Assembly: GCF_964194025.1 (NCBI RefSeq)
Contig: NC_134473.1
Location: 13,826,001 to 13,890,000, forward strand
Source of the DNA: Convolutriloba macropyga
Lineage: Eukaryota
Length of the DNA stretch: 64,000 bases
Direction: 5' to 3'
This document shows positions 49,686-63,467 of the stretch, piece after piece. The position numbers and the translations under genes are program-made. The stretch's first letter is position 1, and each line of letters opens with the position of its first letter. The notes under the pieces are model-generated. The model was not told the DNA's origin. It did no database searches and worked only from the letters and a program-made list of their open reading frames with translations.

Positions 49686-52467
49686 GCGATGGGTTGGGAG
49701 AAGGGTCGAGGGGGGGGGGGCAAATAAATCGCTAAATCGCCGGATGGAGGGTGATCGGGGGAGTATTGGGGGGTTGACCGGGGTGGGGGTTAAACTTTTA
49801 AGATTAAGAACCACCCTTCACGCTATCAAATCGTCTTCTCAAAACAGTTTTGGTGAACCGCATACATAGAGACTATTAAAGCGTAATGTTCTAGGAAAGC
49901 TACTGAACCACTTCATGTCCTCCTTCTTTACCTGTTTTTCCCGCTTTTGAGGACAAAAAGTTGAAAGGGTCAGACGAAAAATTGTTCGCGTGAAAAATTT
50001 CATCAAACAAGACCTCAGGACCAATAAAATTGCTACAAATTTCTTTTGATAGCAATTAGTTAATCAAATGAAACGAACAAATATAGAAGTAGCAGGAGAT
50101 TCGTTGCCTGTCTGGCTTAGTTAGACAGAAAATACAAAAATAAAAATTCATAGCCAAAGGTCGCTCGAAATAAGGTCAACAGCAGCCTCAAACACTATAT
50201 TAACAAAAAATAAAGAAGGGAAGAGTCGAGCAGGAAGTAGAAAGCACAAATCTGTATGACTACTATTTACGAGTTGCATAAAAAATAGACAAAATTGGAC
50301 GGCTGTCGGCATGTAGAAGACTCAAAGTCACAACCTCATCCTTGAGAGAGATGGAAAGAACTAATTAATTAAATATTTGGAAGGAAATGAAAAGTCACCA
50401 CTTAAGAAGAAAATAAGCTTGGAAGCGTTAGGGAAAAAATACAAATCCACAACAAAACAATCATTAAACGTCGCACTAATTATCTCGTACGCCTGGTGGT
50501 GGGAAAGGTTGGCTTTCATAGTATGTAAGTACAAGTTTTGAGAAGAAGTCAAAATCGTACGACAAAAATTCTCTTAAAAAAGACCACAAGGACTCAAATA
50601 CTGCTTCAAAATTTCAAATTTTGTTTGAAGAACAATAAAAATAATAACCAATGGTTAGCTTCTTTAGAGGAAACAAACGAATCGAAAAAGAAATACCAAA
50701 AAATCTTCAGATACTGGAGTAAATTAGCAAGAGAATCCCAAGGGACAAGCTCAAAATTGCAGGAAAGCAGAAATAGGGATCGGAGACAGCAATAAGAGAA
50801 CGAATTGATCACATTGAAGATGGGAGTAAAGATAACGGATGACATAAAGAACGAATGGAAATGTCACAGAAACGAAAGAAAGATCGAAGTAATAGAGTGC
50901 TATCAATGCAGACAGATTTTAACGTCGGTAACAGTCCTGCCAACGCACACCGTGTGGTTCAACACAAGACCAAGAAGTACAGAGGGAGCAAAAAGTGAAC
51001 TACGTTTTAGAAGAAAACCAACCCTAACAATAAAATGAGCTGCAGACAAAACGCAACCAAAGAGCTACAGAGAGCGGCGATGGGTTGGGAGAAGGGTTGA
51101 GGGGGGGGGGGCAAATAAATCGCTAAATCGCCGGATGGAGGGTGATCGGGGGAGTATTGGGGGGTTGACCGGGGTGGGGGTTAAATTTTTAAGATTAAGA
51201 ACCACCCTTCACGCTATCAAATCGTCTTCTCAAAACAGTTTTGGTGAATCGCATACATAGAGACTATTAAAGCGCAATGTTCTAGGAAAGCTACTGAACC
51301 ACTTCATGTCCTCCTTCTTTACCTGTTTTTCCCGCTTTTGAGGACAAAAAGTTGAAAGGGTCAGACGAAAAATTGTTCGCGTGAAAAATTTCATTAAACA
51401 AGACCTCAGGACCAATAAAATTGCTACAAATTTCTTTTGATAGCAATTAGTTAATCAAATGAAACGAACAAATATAGAAGTAGCAGGAGATTCGTTGCCT
51501 GTCTGGCTTAGTTAGACAGAAAATACAAAAATAAAAATTCATAGCCAAAGGTCGCTCGAAATAAGGTCAACAGCAGCCTCAAACACTATATTAACAAAAA
51601 ATAAAGAAGGGAAGAGTCGAGCAGGAAGTAGAAAGCACAAATCTGTATGACTACTATTTACGAGTTGCATAAAAAATAGACAAAATTGGACGGCTGTCGG
51701 CATGTAGAAGACTCAAAGTCACAACCTCATCCTTGAGAGAGATGGAAAGAACTAATTAATTAAATATTTGGAAGGAAATGAAAAGTCACCACTTAAGAAG
51801 AAAATAAGCTTGGAAGCGTTAGGGAAAAAATACAAATCCACAACAAAACAATCATTAAACGTCGCACTAATTATCTCGTACGCCTGGTGGTGGGAAAGGT
51901 TGGCTTTCATAGTATGTAAGTACAAGTTTTGAGAAGAAGTCAAAATCGTACGACAAAAATTCTCTTAAAAAAGACCACAAGGACTCAAATACTGCTTCAA
52001 AATTTCAAATTTTGTTTGAAGAACAATAAAAATAATAACCAATGGTTAGCTTCTTTAGAGGAAACAAACGAATCGAAAAAGAAATACCAAAAAATCTTCA
52101 GATACTGGAGTAAATTAGCAAGAGAATCCCAAGGGACAAGCTCAAAATTGCAGGAAAGCAGAAATAGGGATCGGAGACAGCAATAAGAGAACGAATTGAT
52201 CACATTGAAGATGGGAGTAAAGATAACGGATGACATAAAGAACGAATGGAAATGTCACAGAAACGAAAGAAAGATCGAAGTAATAGAGTGCTATCAATGC
52301 AGACAGATTTTAACGTCGGTAACAGTCCTGCCAACGCACACCATGTGGTTCAACACAAGACCAAGAAGTACAGAGGGAGCAAAAAGTGAACTACGTTTTA
52401 GAAGAAAACCAACCCTAACAATAAAATGAGCTGCAGACAAAACGCAACCAAAGAGCTACAGAGAGCG
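49686..52467. repeat. Tandem duplication, 2 x 1391 bp, inside the RNF126 intron
   Basis: Identical ORF-track entries are offset by 1391, with few substitutions. Confidence 0.95.
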
Positions 52468-54115
52468 GCAAGTGGTGCTTTGAGCAAGGTCAAATGAGCT
52501 GCCTGTTAAAGCTCACACAGAAATGTTAGCATAGCAACTTCAGATCGGCAGTTATCAGAGCCGCCGTGCTGATCACAAAACAATCTCTTCAACCAGTTTT
52601 CGTTCCATGAGACCGACACTAAATGATACTTATAGGGACCGTGTGAAACTACACACCAACAAAAAAAGAGCAATTACATTGCAAAGAATACAAAAATGCG
52701 CTCAATAGCATCCAGCGACACACGGTCCATACTCAGTTGAACAAAGACAGCATGCAAAAAGCCACATCTCCCCCAGAAGATAGCAGAAAAACAAACGCTG
52801 CCATGAAATGCAAGTATCCGATTAGCACAACTGAGAACTGGATTCTGCCCCCTGCTAAACTCTCACGAGTAGATCTGTAACATTGTTGATAACCGCAGTC
52901 CCAAATGTGAAGTAGCACCACATTCTCAACTGCAGTAAGAACACCACGGATCTGAAAGTGATTGGCCTGTGTGAAAGACCAATAGAGGTAGCTAACTGGC
53001 TGGACTTAATACCGTCAGTCCAACACAATCACACTGCACATAATTCTCCGCCTTCCTTGCCCCTTTTCCCCCGATGTTGTCGATGCCCCTTCTGTCCCCC
53101 CTAACTCGGGGACGGTATGTCATTCACCATGGCGTAGATGCAGAAAGGACGCCGCACTACAAGCAAGTTGTGGATAAGCAGTCACACTACTACTAATAAC
53201 TATTTTTATCATGATACAAATGCAACTAAGGTACCAGTTAAAAACGGCAATAAGCGCCGTGTCCCGCCAAAACTACCGGCGATTGCAGATCTGTGCTACA
53301 GCTGCAACAACGGCAAGGTGAGATCAGATCAACATTGACTTGAACAAATGAATTGAACATTGACGACAACGATCACTTTTTACAAAAAACGATTGAGATA
53401 AAAAAAAAGCCAAGCCCGGAGCAAAACGATTTTTTTCTGCAATAAACATATTACAATCAATGCAAGCATACGATTTCGGTCAGAAACTTGTTTGTACTTA
53501 GATACTTGATTTACGCAACTTGAGCATCCCGACTTCTCAAACTTTTAAGATCCTATACAAAATGTCAGCATAAATAAACAAAACTATAAATTGAAGAGGA
53601 AAATTTTTTCTCACAAAATTGGGGTGAGTCAAAATCCACAAAAATTATGAGACAATTTGTGCATCAGCAAAAAACCTATGAGCTCAGCAAGATTCCAGCA
53701 AGTTCCAGTTCAAATTTTTAGAAGTAAGCTGTTTAAAATTATATAAGATCCTTTGAAAGACCGAGAGGATTCGATATGAAACTGATAGCCAAAATTCAGG
53801 AATTGGGAAAATTCTAAAAAGGGAACATATAAATTTTATGCGTTTATGGTTTGAAATACTTCAAGCCAATAATTTGGATAATTGTTTCTGGTTCATCCTC
53901 AATAAACGCAGCTTTTGTTTGTTAATTGAGCACTGGAAAATAATTAACAATAATTTTGTTTATAAAATTCAGCTTGCTTCAGAATTAATACTCTGTATAT
54001 CTTTTTTCTTTTCTCCAGAACTCGAATTAGACATTAGAAAGAACGGAACTCTCGATTTTGTTGTTAATACTTAAACAATGTTCGAGAACCTTTTTTGCTA
54101 AACGAATTGACAAAC

Positions 54116-54507
54116 CCTGATTGTGCCCCCGTTGAACTCGGTCCAGGCATTACGTGATCAATTTCATCGGCCATTTGTGTCGCCTGACCATTTGTGCTGG
54201 GAGACGTTTCTTGCGGTGTGTCTAACGTCGAATTACTGCCCATATCAGTTGCACCAAAACCAGGCAGGAATGCGCTTATCAGTGAGAAGACATCATTCTG
54301 GTAGTCAAGTGCGTGTTGGTTTAACTGTGAATCTTCTGCTTCGAACTCTCCCTCATTTTCGCCATTAACTTCCTCAATAAACGATCCGTTACATGTGGGA
54401 CAAATTAATGTATCTGGACTGATTGGATCAATAAACGCTCGACATTCATGACAAAAATATCTGGTCTCCATCCCATCAGGAAGGCCATTGATTAAGCGGG
54501 TACTCAT
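54116..54507 (-). CDS. RNF126: RNF126/RNF115-like E3 ubiquitin ligase, coding exon 1 (N-terminal C2-C2 zinc finger)
   Basis: MSTRLING...YFCHECRAFI...LICPTCNGSFIEE matches the RNF115/126 N-terminal zinc ribbon. Donor GG|gtttgt at 54116 (phase 2) is in frame with the exon starting at 46697. Confidence 0.85.
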
Positions 54508-54926
54508 GACGATAAAGTTCTTTCGATGATTGTGGCTCCAATTCAGTTAAGTTTCTGAAAACAAACACAAGAGGATTTTTCACATTCAAAAAAAGGTAAA
54601 TAAATTAAGAAATGCCCCTCCCCAACACTTTCACATTCATGACTACTTTGGTTCATGTGTGAATTTAAAATCATATGACAGTATACTCTAAAAGGACGTT
54701 CGTACGATTTGTTAGCAGAAGTATGATACTAATAATAAAACCGAACTTAGTGTTAGCACCAGGGGAGGTTAGTTCCATTGATCCAAGTTTCATAGTAAAT
54801 AGTTTCATTTTATATGGCGACGGCACCAGTGTTGGAGAGTCCCTTGTAAATATATAAAAAGGACCGTGTACACCTCATCTGACTGCTATTGGAGGACTGA
54901 GCTTCAACTCCAACAGCAAACCCCTC

Positions 54927-55022
54927 GAGGTCTTCCCCATTATATCCCCCCCATCATGGTAAGTATACCATAATGGGGGGGGGGCGATATTTTCATGGGG
55001 GGGCCTATAATGGGAAAGACCC
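54927..55022. mobile_element. 96-bp hairpin MITE with 8-9 bp TSD
   Basis: ggtcttccccattata at the left and tataatgggaaagacc at the right, flanked by aacccctc on both sides. Confidence 0.75.
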
Positions 55023-55365
55023 AACCCCTCAAACGTCTTCAAAATCTTCTGGAAAGTGGTGGCTCATTGAAAGACAAGACTGACATTGTGTTGTTGCACG
55101 ACATTGTTAGCAACTCAATCAACGGTCACGTAAGCAACAATTTCCGACCCTGCTCAACAAGAAAGTTAGTAGATCTTGCTTACGTTCAAACATCAAATTC
55201 GTTCAAACATCAAATTCATGCTACTGTGTATACGAGACGAAGTCAAGCGCCCAGCGTTTTAACAGCAATTCAGAAGGCAGGTATCATGGTTGTCCAAGCG
55301 CAAAACCTCATTTCGAAACAAAAACGCAAGCAACCACAAATTTCGGAAGAACTCAAACAAGTACA

Positions 55366-55507
55366 CCCGTACCTAACTTTCAGAGTAATTCAGTACTGAA
55401 TCAAATCAGAAACTATTCTGAAAACGTTCTGAATCAGTACTGAAAGTTAATATTATTCTGAAAATGTTCTGATTCAGTTCTGATGCCGACTGAATGGAAG
55501 GTACGGG
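55366..55507. mobile_element. 142-bp MITE with CCC termini and 2-bp (CA) TSD (EnSpm/CACTA-like)
   Basis: ca|cccgtacct at the left and aggtacggg|ca at the right, with internal ttctgaa/cagtactga repeats. Confidence 0.65.
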
Positions 55508-55838
55508 CATCCAAACGTGTAACTTGATCGAAAAATTTTCCTAGCTGTGTGCAGGCGTGAAGAAAACTTGTTTGCCGCATTCAAACAACAGCGATAAAAA
55601 AACAAGCAGGGCAAAAATCAGCGAGAAAATCAAAAGCACAGGCAAAGCGATCATAAAATTGGTTCTTAAGGCGACTCTTTAACGGATTAAGTCCCTTTGA
55701 GTGAAAATGAGTAAGTCTATCTATCAACATCAAGCCTTTCGTTAGCTCTTTCTCCTTTCTTTTTCCTGTTTCCCCTTTGCACATTGTTTCAAGCTTCCTA
55801 TAAATAACAAAGGTAACAGAAAAAGCGATTTTAGTACT

Positions 55839-55933
55839 TACTGCAGTGTTGCGCTAGTTAAATTAGTTAGCTCTATCCTTATCGATACTGCAGTGTTGCG
55901 CTGGTTAAATTAGTTAGCTCTATCCTTATCGAT
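55839..55933. repeat. 47-bp tandem duplication
   Basis: tactgcagtgttgcgct(a/g)gttaaattagttagctctatccttatcga occurs twice. Confidence 0.9.
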
Positions 55934-56488
55934 CCTAAACAACCCTGTATCCATTACACTCTTTGGGTGCTCTTTAACCACCGTTTGTAAGTTTTTCAGA
56001 GCAATCTATTTATAAAAACTATCTTTTATGGAAAGTGAAAATCATTATGAGCAATGGAGCCGGCAAGTTCCACACCTGCCGATGAAAAATGAACAAAGAA
56101 AATTTTATGTGTTCCTTTTGCAATAAAACAATGCACATGACCAAAGAATGCACTGATTTTGACCAGAAAATTATTGAACTCCTCATTAAGTTAAAATCAA
56201 GCTTACCACACATCTGTAATGAAAGTGTTGTGAAAAAAGAGCAAAGAGTTTAACGAACATGAAATTGATAGAAGACCTTTGCATTAGAACCTTAAAAACT
56301 GGGATCAAAATTGGGGAAAAATGGGTTAAATATATTGAAAGAAACTCAAGCACTGCATCCAAAATCGAAACTGATGCAAAATGACTAAATATTTTTGAAA
56401 TATTTTGTCCCTCAATGTGCGTCTTAAATCTAAAACGGAGAAGTAAACTAACAAATTCAACAACAAATTCTAACTATGACGTCATTTG

Positions 56489-59400
56489 TCTGACCAAAAT
56501 TTGGCTTACCGCTAAAATCCCCACCTCTGCTCTATTTTTCCTTCTTACTCAAAATAGCGAAAATATGAAAAATATGAACATTTCATAACAAAACAACGTG
56601 ACGTTTCAGCTGCAATTAGAGATCATATAAAGCAAATAGAAATAGTTTACACCAATGCAAAAGGGACATTGTTATCGTCAAAAATTAGAACGAAACAAAA
56701 ACCTATACTTTCAAGCAATATCTATGATCCACCTCCCAACAGTCCTTAAAAATGGAATATTGAAAATTTCCAAATGCTAATTCATATTTTATGCAAAAAC
56801 GCCACAAAGGTAACCGAAAATTGTCATATCAGAATTGCAGGCGATGTCAATTTTCAAAAGCAAACTGGAGTCAAATAAGCTCTACTGACCAGTATGAAAA
56901 TCGGTACTTGAAAATTTTGTTGGGATCTTTTCCGTTTGTGCCCCCCAGTTACAGAGCACGTGCCATTACATAGTAAATCATTATGTGAAAATATGGCACG
57001 TGCGTCTGGGGGGCTGCAAATAATATGCGCCCATTAAGCTGGGGGGCACAAATGGAAAAGATCCTTTTTGTTGATTCATACTTCTCAAATGTCGCCAACT
57101 CACAACTGGATGTTGTCCCAACAATCGAGGCAAGCCCAATCATTGATTGCAGCTTTGATCAAACTACAGTTTAAATGAAAAACCATGTTTCGATCAAAAA
57201 CCGATCCGAATTATAATAGAAGCAACTAGAAAACGTGAAGATTCTGCAAAACATATCAAATTGGCTTGCAACAGAGATTAGAAAGCCTTAATTAACTAAA
57301 AGATGAAACACTTTTTAACCCATAATTGCTATAGTAACATAAATCACCTCGTTAAACAATGGTACGATTAGGTAACATTGATCTTAGAAAATTACATTTC
57401 AAAAGTCACTAAAGATTGCTGTTCCCTACCACCTTGGGTATCTAAATCTACCTATTTTATCAAAAAAAAATTAGCAACCAAAAAGGCAACTGGAAGATAT
57501 GAAACATCGATCGAAAAAAAGCGTTCAGAAAAGAGCTTCATATGAAAATGGATCCAGATCTAGGGGGGTTCGAAGCCGATATGTTCCTAAACTTCAAAAG
57601 TTCAGAAGCAATCAAAAAATCTGAAATCAATTCGACTAAAGACAGCTATTCCGCACACGTTAAGATATCAAGATTAGTCCACAGAGCAAGGCAAAGAAAA
57701 CGAAAAAAGAATTCTTCGATGAGATTTTCCACAGTGTCTTCAATCCTAACACTGCCAAGCAGATTACTTTGAAAACAAAAAACTTGACATAATTAACATC
57801 ACGAAGTCTAAAATCATAACTATACTTGAAAATTTTGATTTCAACAAATCTAGTGGACTTGATAAGATATGAAACATTGTTCTGAAAACTGCAGTAAAAC
57901 GCTGTCAAAATCAATACAGCTTCTTATTCAAACAATTGTTAACAAGGATAATTATCCTGAATTATCGAAAATAACCAAGTCTCACCTATTAATAAAGAAG
58001 GAAACATTGTAGACGTTAATAGTTATCGGCCAATTAGTTTGCTATGCTGCATCTCCAAAATGCTAGAGAAAAAAAGTTTGAAAAAACTTTGCGAATTCTG
58101 CAAAACAAAATTACACGAAAATCAATTTGGCTTCCCAAAAAAGATATCAGCTGGGATTCAACTTTTATTTTGTTTGATTCAGTCTACCTAAATGACGATG
58201 ATAAACGGGTTCTTGAATTAACCTTATTCTATCTATATTTCGAGAAAACGTCCGATAAAAATGATATTGACTTGTTACTACACAAGCAGATGAAAAAAGA
58301 ACTCGTTGGAAAATTTTTGTGCCTCCTAAAATCATATCTGGAAACTGGAAAACAGTTTGTCGAAATAATTCAAATGATTGTCTAAGTAAACTCAGAATGA
58401 TTAAGAACGAACATGAAATTGATAGAAAAGATCTTTGCATTCGAAACTTGAAAATTGAGATCAAAGATGGGGGAAAATGGGTTAAATACATTGAAAAAAA
58501 CCCGACACCGCATCCAAAAAAGAAACTGATGCAAAATGATTAAAATTTATTGAAATATTTTGTCCTTCAATATGCGAAGCGTCCTAAATCTAAAACGAGG
58601 GAGGAAATGATCAAATTCGCCAACAAATTCTAATCATGAATTCATTTGTCTGACCGAAATTGGGCTTACCATTGAAGTATCTATTTCTGCACTATTTTTC
58701 TGGCTACCTCAAATTAGCGAGATAATAGAAAATGTGAACATTTCAAATTAAAACATGGAGATCATATAAAGCACAAAAAAATAATATTACCCTAATGCAA
58801 TAGGGACATTTTATTATCATAATTAGCTCAAAATTGAAACATACACTGTTTTGCTCTGTCTAAAATCCACTTCATAACAGTCCAATTAAATTGGTTATCG
58901 GAAATTTTGAACTGCTCATTCATATTTAATGCAAAATCGCCACAAAAAAAATGTTAAATCATATTTTCAGGTGATGTTAATTTTTCAAAAGCAAACTGGA
59001 ATTAAATGGGCTCTACTGATGAGAAGAAAAATCAGTACTTGAAAATTTTGTTAATTCAAACTTTTCAAATGCCGCCAACTGACAACTGGATGTTATCCAA
59101 ACCAATGAGCCAGAACAAATCATTGATTGCAGCTTTGATCGCAAGCTTTTTTTAAAATACACTTTAGATGAAAAAACATATTTTGATGATAAACAGATCA
59201 GAATCATAATAGAAACAACTAGAAAACAATACGTATCTGGAAAATTTGCTAGAGAAAATAAATTCTGAGAAATTTTACGAGTTCAGCAAAACAGAATTAC
59301 AAGAAAATCAATTTGACTTTCAAAAAAATGATTCAACTTTTGCTTTTCTTTGATTCAGTCTACCTAGAAGACTGTGATAAACATGTCATTGATTTAACCG

Positions 59401-62400
59401 TATTCCATCTAGATTTCGCGGAAGTGTTCAATAAAGTAGATCATGAATTGTTACTACGCAGGCTGATGAAAATGGAATTTGCTGGACAATTTTTATGCCT
59501 CCAAAAATCAAACCTGGAAACCGGAAAAGAGTTTGTTTAAAAAAAGCAACGAAAAAACAGAGTAATCAGAATTTACCAGCGGAGTACCACAAGGATCAAA
59601 CCGTAGGCAACTCCTTTTCCTGATTTTCATAAAACAGCTACCAGACACATATCCCGAGCTAGAGAGTTATGGTTTCACCGACGACTTTAAGTTAATAGCC
59701 ATCACAAATCAAGATCTAAACGCATGCGCAGAACAACTCGACATATGGTGATGCAAAAAAACTGTATGGAAACAAACACAAGCCGATTTGAACTTTTAAA
59801 CAAAAAGAAATAAGAGCACATCTTTATACAACATCAAATTGTGCAAATGTGCAAAAAGATATAGGTCTAATGGTCACAACTAGTCTGACCTGGATTAAAA
59901 TTGGGATAGACGTTTACAAAAAACTACGAAAGCTTTATTTTCATCTCAAACGTAAAGTGTCATTAATCTGTTCAACATCTGACCAAAATTTGGCTTACCG
60001 CTAAAATCCCCACCTCTGCTCTATTTTTCCTTCTTACTCAAAATAGCGAAAATATGAAAAATATGAACATTTCATAACAAAACAACGTGACGTTTCAGCT
60101 GCAATTAGAGATCATATAAAGCAAATAGAAATAGTTTACACCAATGCAAAACGGACATTGTTATCGTCAAAAATTAGAACGAAACAAAAACCTATACTTT
60201 CAAGCAATATCTATGATCCACCTCCCAACAGTCCTTAAAAATGGAATATTGAAAATTTCCAACTGCTAATTCATATTTTATGCAAAAACGCCACAAAGGT
60301 AACCGAAAATTGTCATATCAGAATTGCAGGCGATGTCAATTTTCAAAAGCAAACTGGAGTCAAAGAAGCTCTACTGACCAGTATGAAAATCGGTACTTGA
60401 AAATTTTGTTGGGATCTTTTCCGTTTGTGCCCCCCAGTTACAGAGCACGTGCCATTACATAGTAAATCATTATGTGAAAATATGGCACGTGCGTCTGGGG
60501 GGCTGCAAATAATATGCGCCCATTAAGCTGGGGGGCACAAATGGAAAAGATCCTTTTTGTTGATTCATACTTCTCAAATGTCGCCAACTCACAACTGGAT
60601 GTTGTCCCAACAATCGAGGCAAGCCCAATCATTGATTGCAGCTTTGATCAAACTACAGTTTAAATGAAAAACCATGTTTCGATCAAAAACCGATCCGAAT
60701 TATAATAGAAGCAACTAGAAAACGTGAAGATTCTGCAAAACATATCAAATTGGCTTGCAACAGAGATTAGAAAGCCTTAATTAACTAAAAGATGAAACAC
60801 TTTTTAACCCATAATTGCTATAGTAACATAAATCACCTCGTTAAGCAATGGTACGATTAGGTAACATTGATCTTAGAAAATTACATTTCAAAAGTCACTA
60901 AAGATTGCTGTTCCCTACCACCTTGGGTATCTAAATCTACCTATTTTATCAAAAAAAAATTAGCAAGCAAAAAGGCAACTGGAAGATATGAAACATCGAT
61001 CTAAAAAAAGCGTTCAGAAAAGAACTTCATATGAAAATGGATCCAGATCTAGGGGGGTTCGAAGCCGATATGTTCCTAAACTTCAAAAGTTCAGAAGCAA
61101 TCAAAAAATCTGAAATCAATTCGACTAAAGACAGCTATTCCGCACACGTTAAGATATCAAGATTAGTCCACAGAGCAAGGCAAAGAAAACGAAAAAAGAA
61201 TTCTTCGATGAGATTTTCCACAGTGTCTTCAATCCTAACACTGCCAAGCAGATTACTTTGAAAACAAAAAACTTGACATAATTAACATCACGAAGTCTAA
61301 AATCATAACTATACTTGAAAATTTTGATTTCAACAAATCTAGTGGACTTGATAAGATATGAAACATTGTTCTGAAAACTGCAGTAAAACGCTGTCAAAAT
61401 CAATACAGCTTCTTATTCAAACAATTGTTAACAAGGATAATTATCCTGAATTATCGAAAATAACCAAGTCTCACCTATTAATAAAGAAGGAAACATTGTA
61501 GACGTTAATAGTTATCGGCCAATTAGTTTGCTATGCTGCATCTCCAAAATGCTAGAGAAAAAAAGTTTGAAAAAACTTTGCGAATTCTGCAAAACAAAAT
61601 TACAGGAAAATCAATTTGGCTTCCCAAAAAAGATATCAGCTGGGATTCAACTTTTATTTTGTTTGATTCAGTCTGCCTAAATGACCATGATAAACGGGTT
61701 CTTGAATTAACCTTATTCTATCTATATTTCGAGAAAACGTCCGATAAAGTTGATATTGACTTGTTACTACACAAGCAGATGAAAAAAGAACTCGTTGGAA
61801 AATTTTTGTGCCTCCTAAAATCATATCTGGAAACTGGAAAACAGTTTGTCGAAATAATTCAAATGATTGTCTAAGTAAACTCAGAATGATTAAGAACGAA
61901 CATGAAATTGATAGAAAAGGTCTTTGCATTCGAAACTTGAAAATTGAGATCAAAGATGGGGGAAAATGGGTTAAATACATTGAAAAAAACCCGACACCGC
62001 ATCCAAAAAAGAAACTGATGCAAAATGATTAAAATTTATTGAAATATTTTGTCCTTCAATATGCGAAGCGTCCTAAATCTAAAACGAGGGAGGAAATGAT
62101 CAAATTCGTCAACAAATTCTGATCATGAATTCATTTGTCTGACCGAAATTGGGCTTACCATTGAAGTATCTATTTCTGCACTATTTTTCTGGCTACCTCA
62201 AATTAGCAAGATAATAGAAAATGTGAACATTTCAAATTAAAACATGGAGATCATATAAAGCACAAAAAAATAATATTACCCCAATGCAATAGGGACATTT
62301 TATTATCATAATTAGCTCAAAATTGAAACATACACTGTTTTGCACTGTCTAAAATCCACTTCATAACAGTCCAATTAAATTGGATATCGGAAATTTTGAA

Positions 62401-63467
62401 CTGCTCATTCATATTTAATGCAAAATCGCCACAAAAAAAATTGTTAAATCATATTTTCAGGTGATGTTAATTTTTCAAAAGCAAACTGGAATCAAATGGG
62501 CTCTACTGATGAGAAGAAAAATCAGTACTTGAAAATTTTGTTAATTCAAACTTTTCAAATGCCGCCAACTGACAACTGGATGTTATCCAAACCAATGAGC
62601 CAGAACAAATCATTGATTGCAGCTTTGATCGCAAGCTTTTTTTAAAATACACTTTAGATGAAAAAACATATTTTGATGATAAACAGATCAGAATCATAAT
62701 AGAAACAACTAGAAAACAATACGTATCTGGAAAATTTGCTAGAGAAAATAAATTCTGAGAAATTTTACGAGTTCAGCAAAACAGAATTACAAGAAAATCA
62801 ATTTGACTTTCAAAAAAATGATTCAACTTTTGCTTTTCTTTGATTCAGTCTACCTAGAAGACTGTGATAAACATGTCATTGATTTAACCGTATTCCATCT
62901 AGATTTCGCGGAAGTGTTCAATAAAGTAGATCATGAATTGTTACTACGCAGGCTGATGAAAATGGAATTTGCTGGACAATTTTTATGCCTCCAAAAATCA
63001 AACCTGGAAACCGGAAAAGAGTTTGTTTAAAAAAAGCAACGAAAAAACAGAGTAATCAGAATTTACCAGCGGAGTACCACAAGGATCAAACCGTAGGCAA
63101 CTCCTTTTCCTGATTTTCATAAAACAGCTACCAGACACATATCCCGAGCTAGAGAGTTATGGTTTCACCGACGACTTTAAGTTAATAGCCATCACAAATC
63201 AAGATCTAAACGCATGCGCAGAACAACTCGACATATGGTGATGCAAAAAAACTGTATGGAAACAAACACAAGCCGATTTGAACTTTTAAACAAAAAGAAA
63301 TAAGAGCACATCTTTATACAACATCAAATTGTGCAAATGTGCAAAAAGATATAGGTCTAATGGTCACAACTAGTCTGACCTGGATTAAAATTGGGATAGA
63401 CGTTTACAAAAAACTACGAAAGCTTTATTTTCATCTCAAACGTAAAGTGTCATTAATCTGTTCAACA
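56489..63467. repeat. Tandem duplication, 2 x ~3489 bp
   Basis: ORF-track entries repeat at offset 3489-3490; the junction is at 59977/59978. Confidence 0.95.
56923..57064. mobile_element. 142-bp MITE (TIR ggatcttttccgtttgtgccccccag) inserted in a LINE remnant; duplicated at ~60412-60553
   Basis: 26-bp TIRs with flanking attttgttg/tttttgttg. An empty site is visible at ~59041-59055. Confidence 0.85.

Larger units (their letters stand above)
54800..55640 (+). pseudogene. Decayed SGNH/GDSL-hydrolase-like ORF, probably transposon-derived, split by two MITEs
   Basis: Removing the MITEs gives ILYGD...AIGGLSFN...KPLKRLQNLL...DIVLLHDIVSNSI...LKQVHPN, whose spacing resembles SGNH blocks. Stops and frameshifts are present. 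Confidence 0.4.

Noticed and set aside
50361-50845. Minus-strand ORFs with LSGDFSFP and similar motifs (duplicated at +1391)
   Set aside because: Possibly a decayed LINE endonuclease, but too degenerate to call. They are not needed as RNF126 exons.
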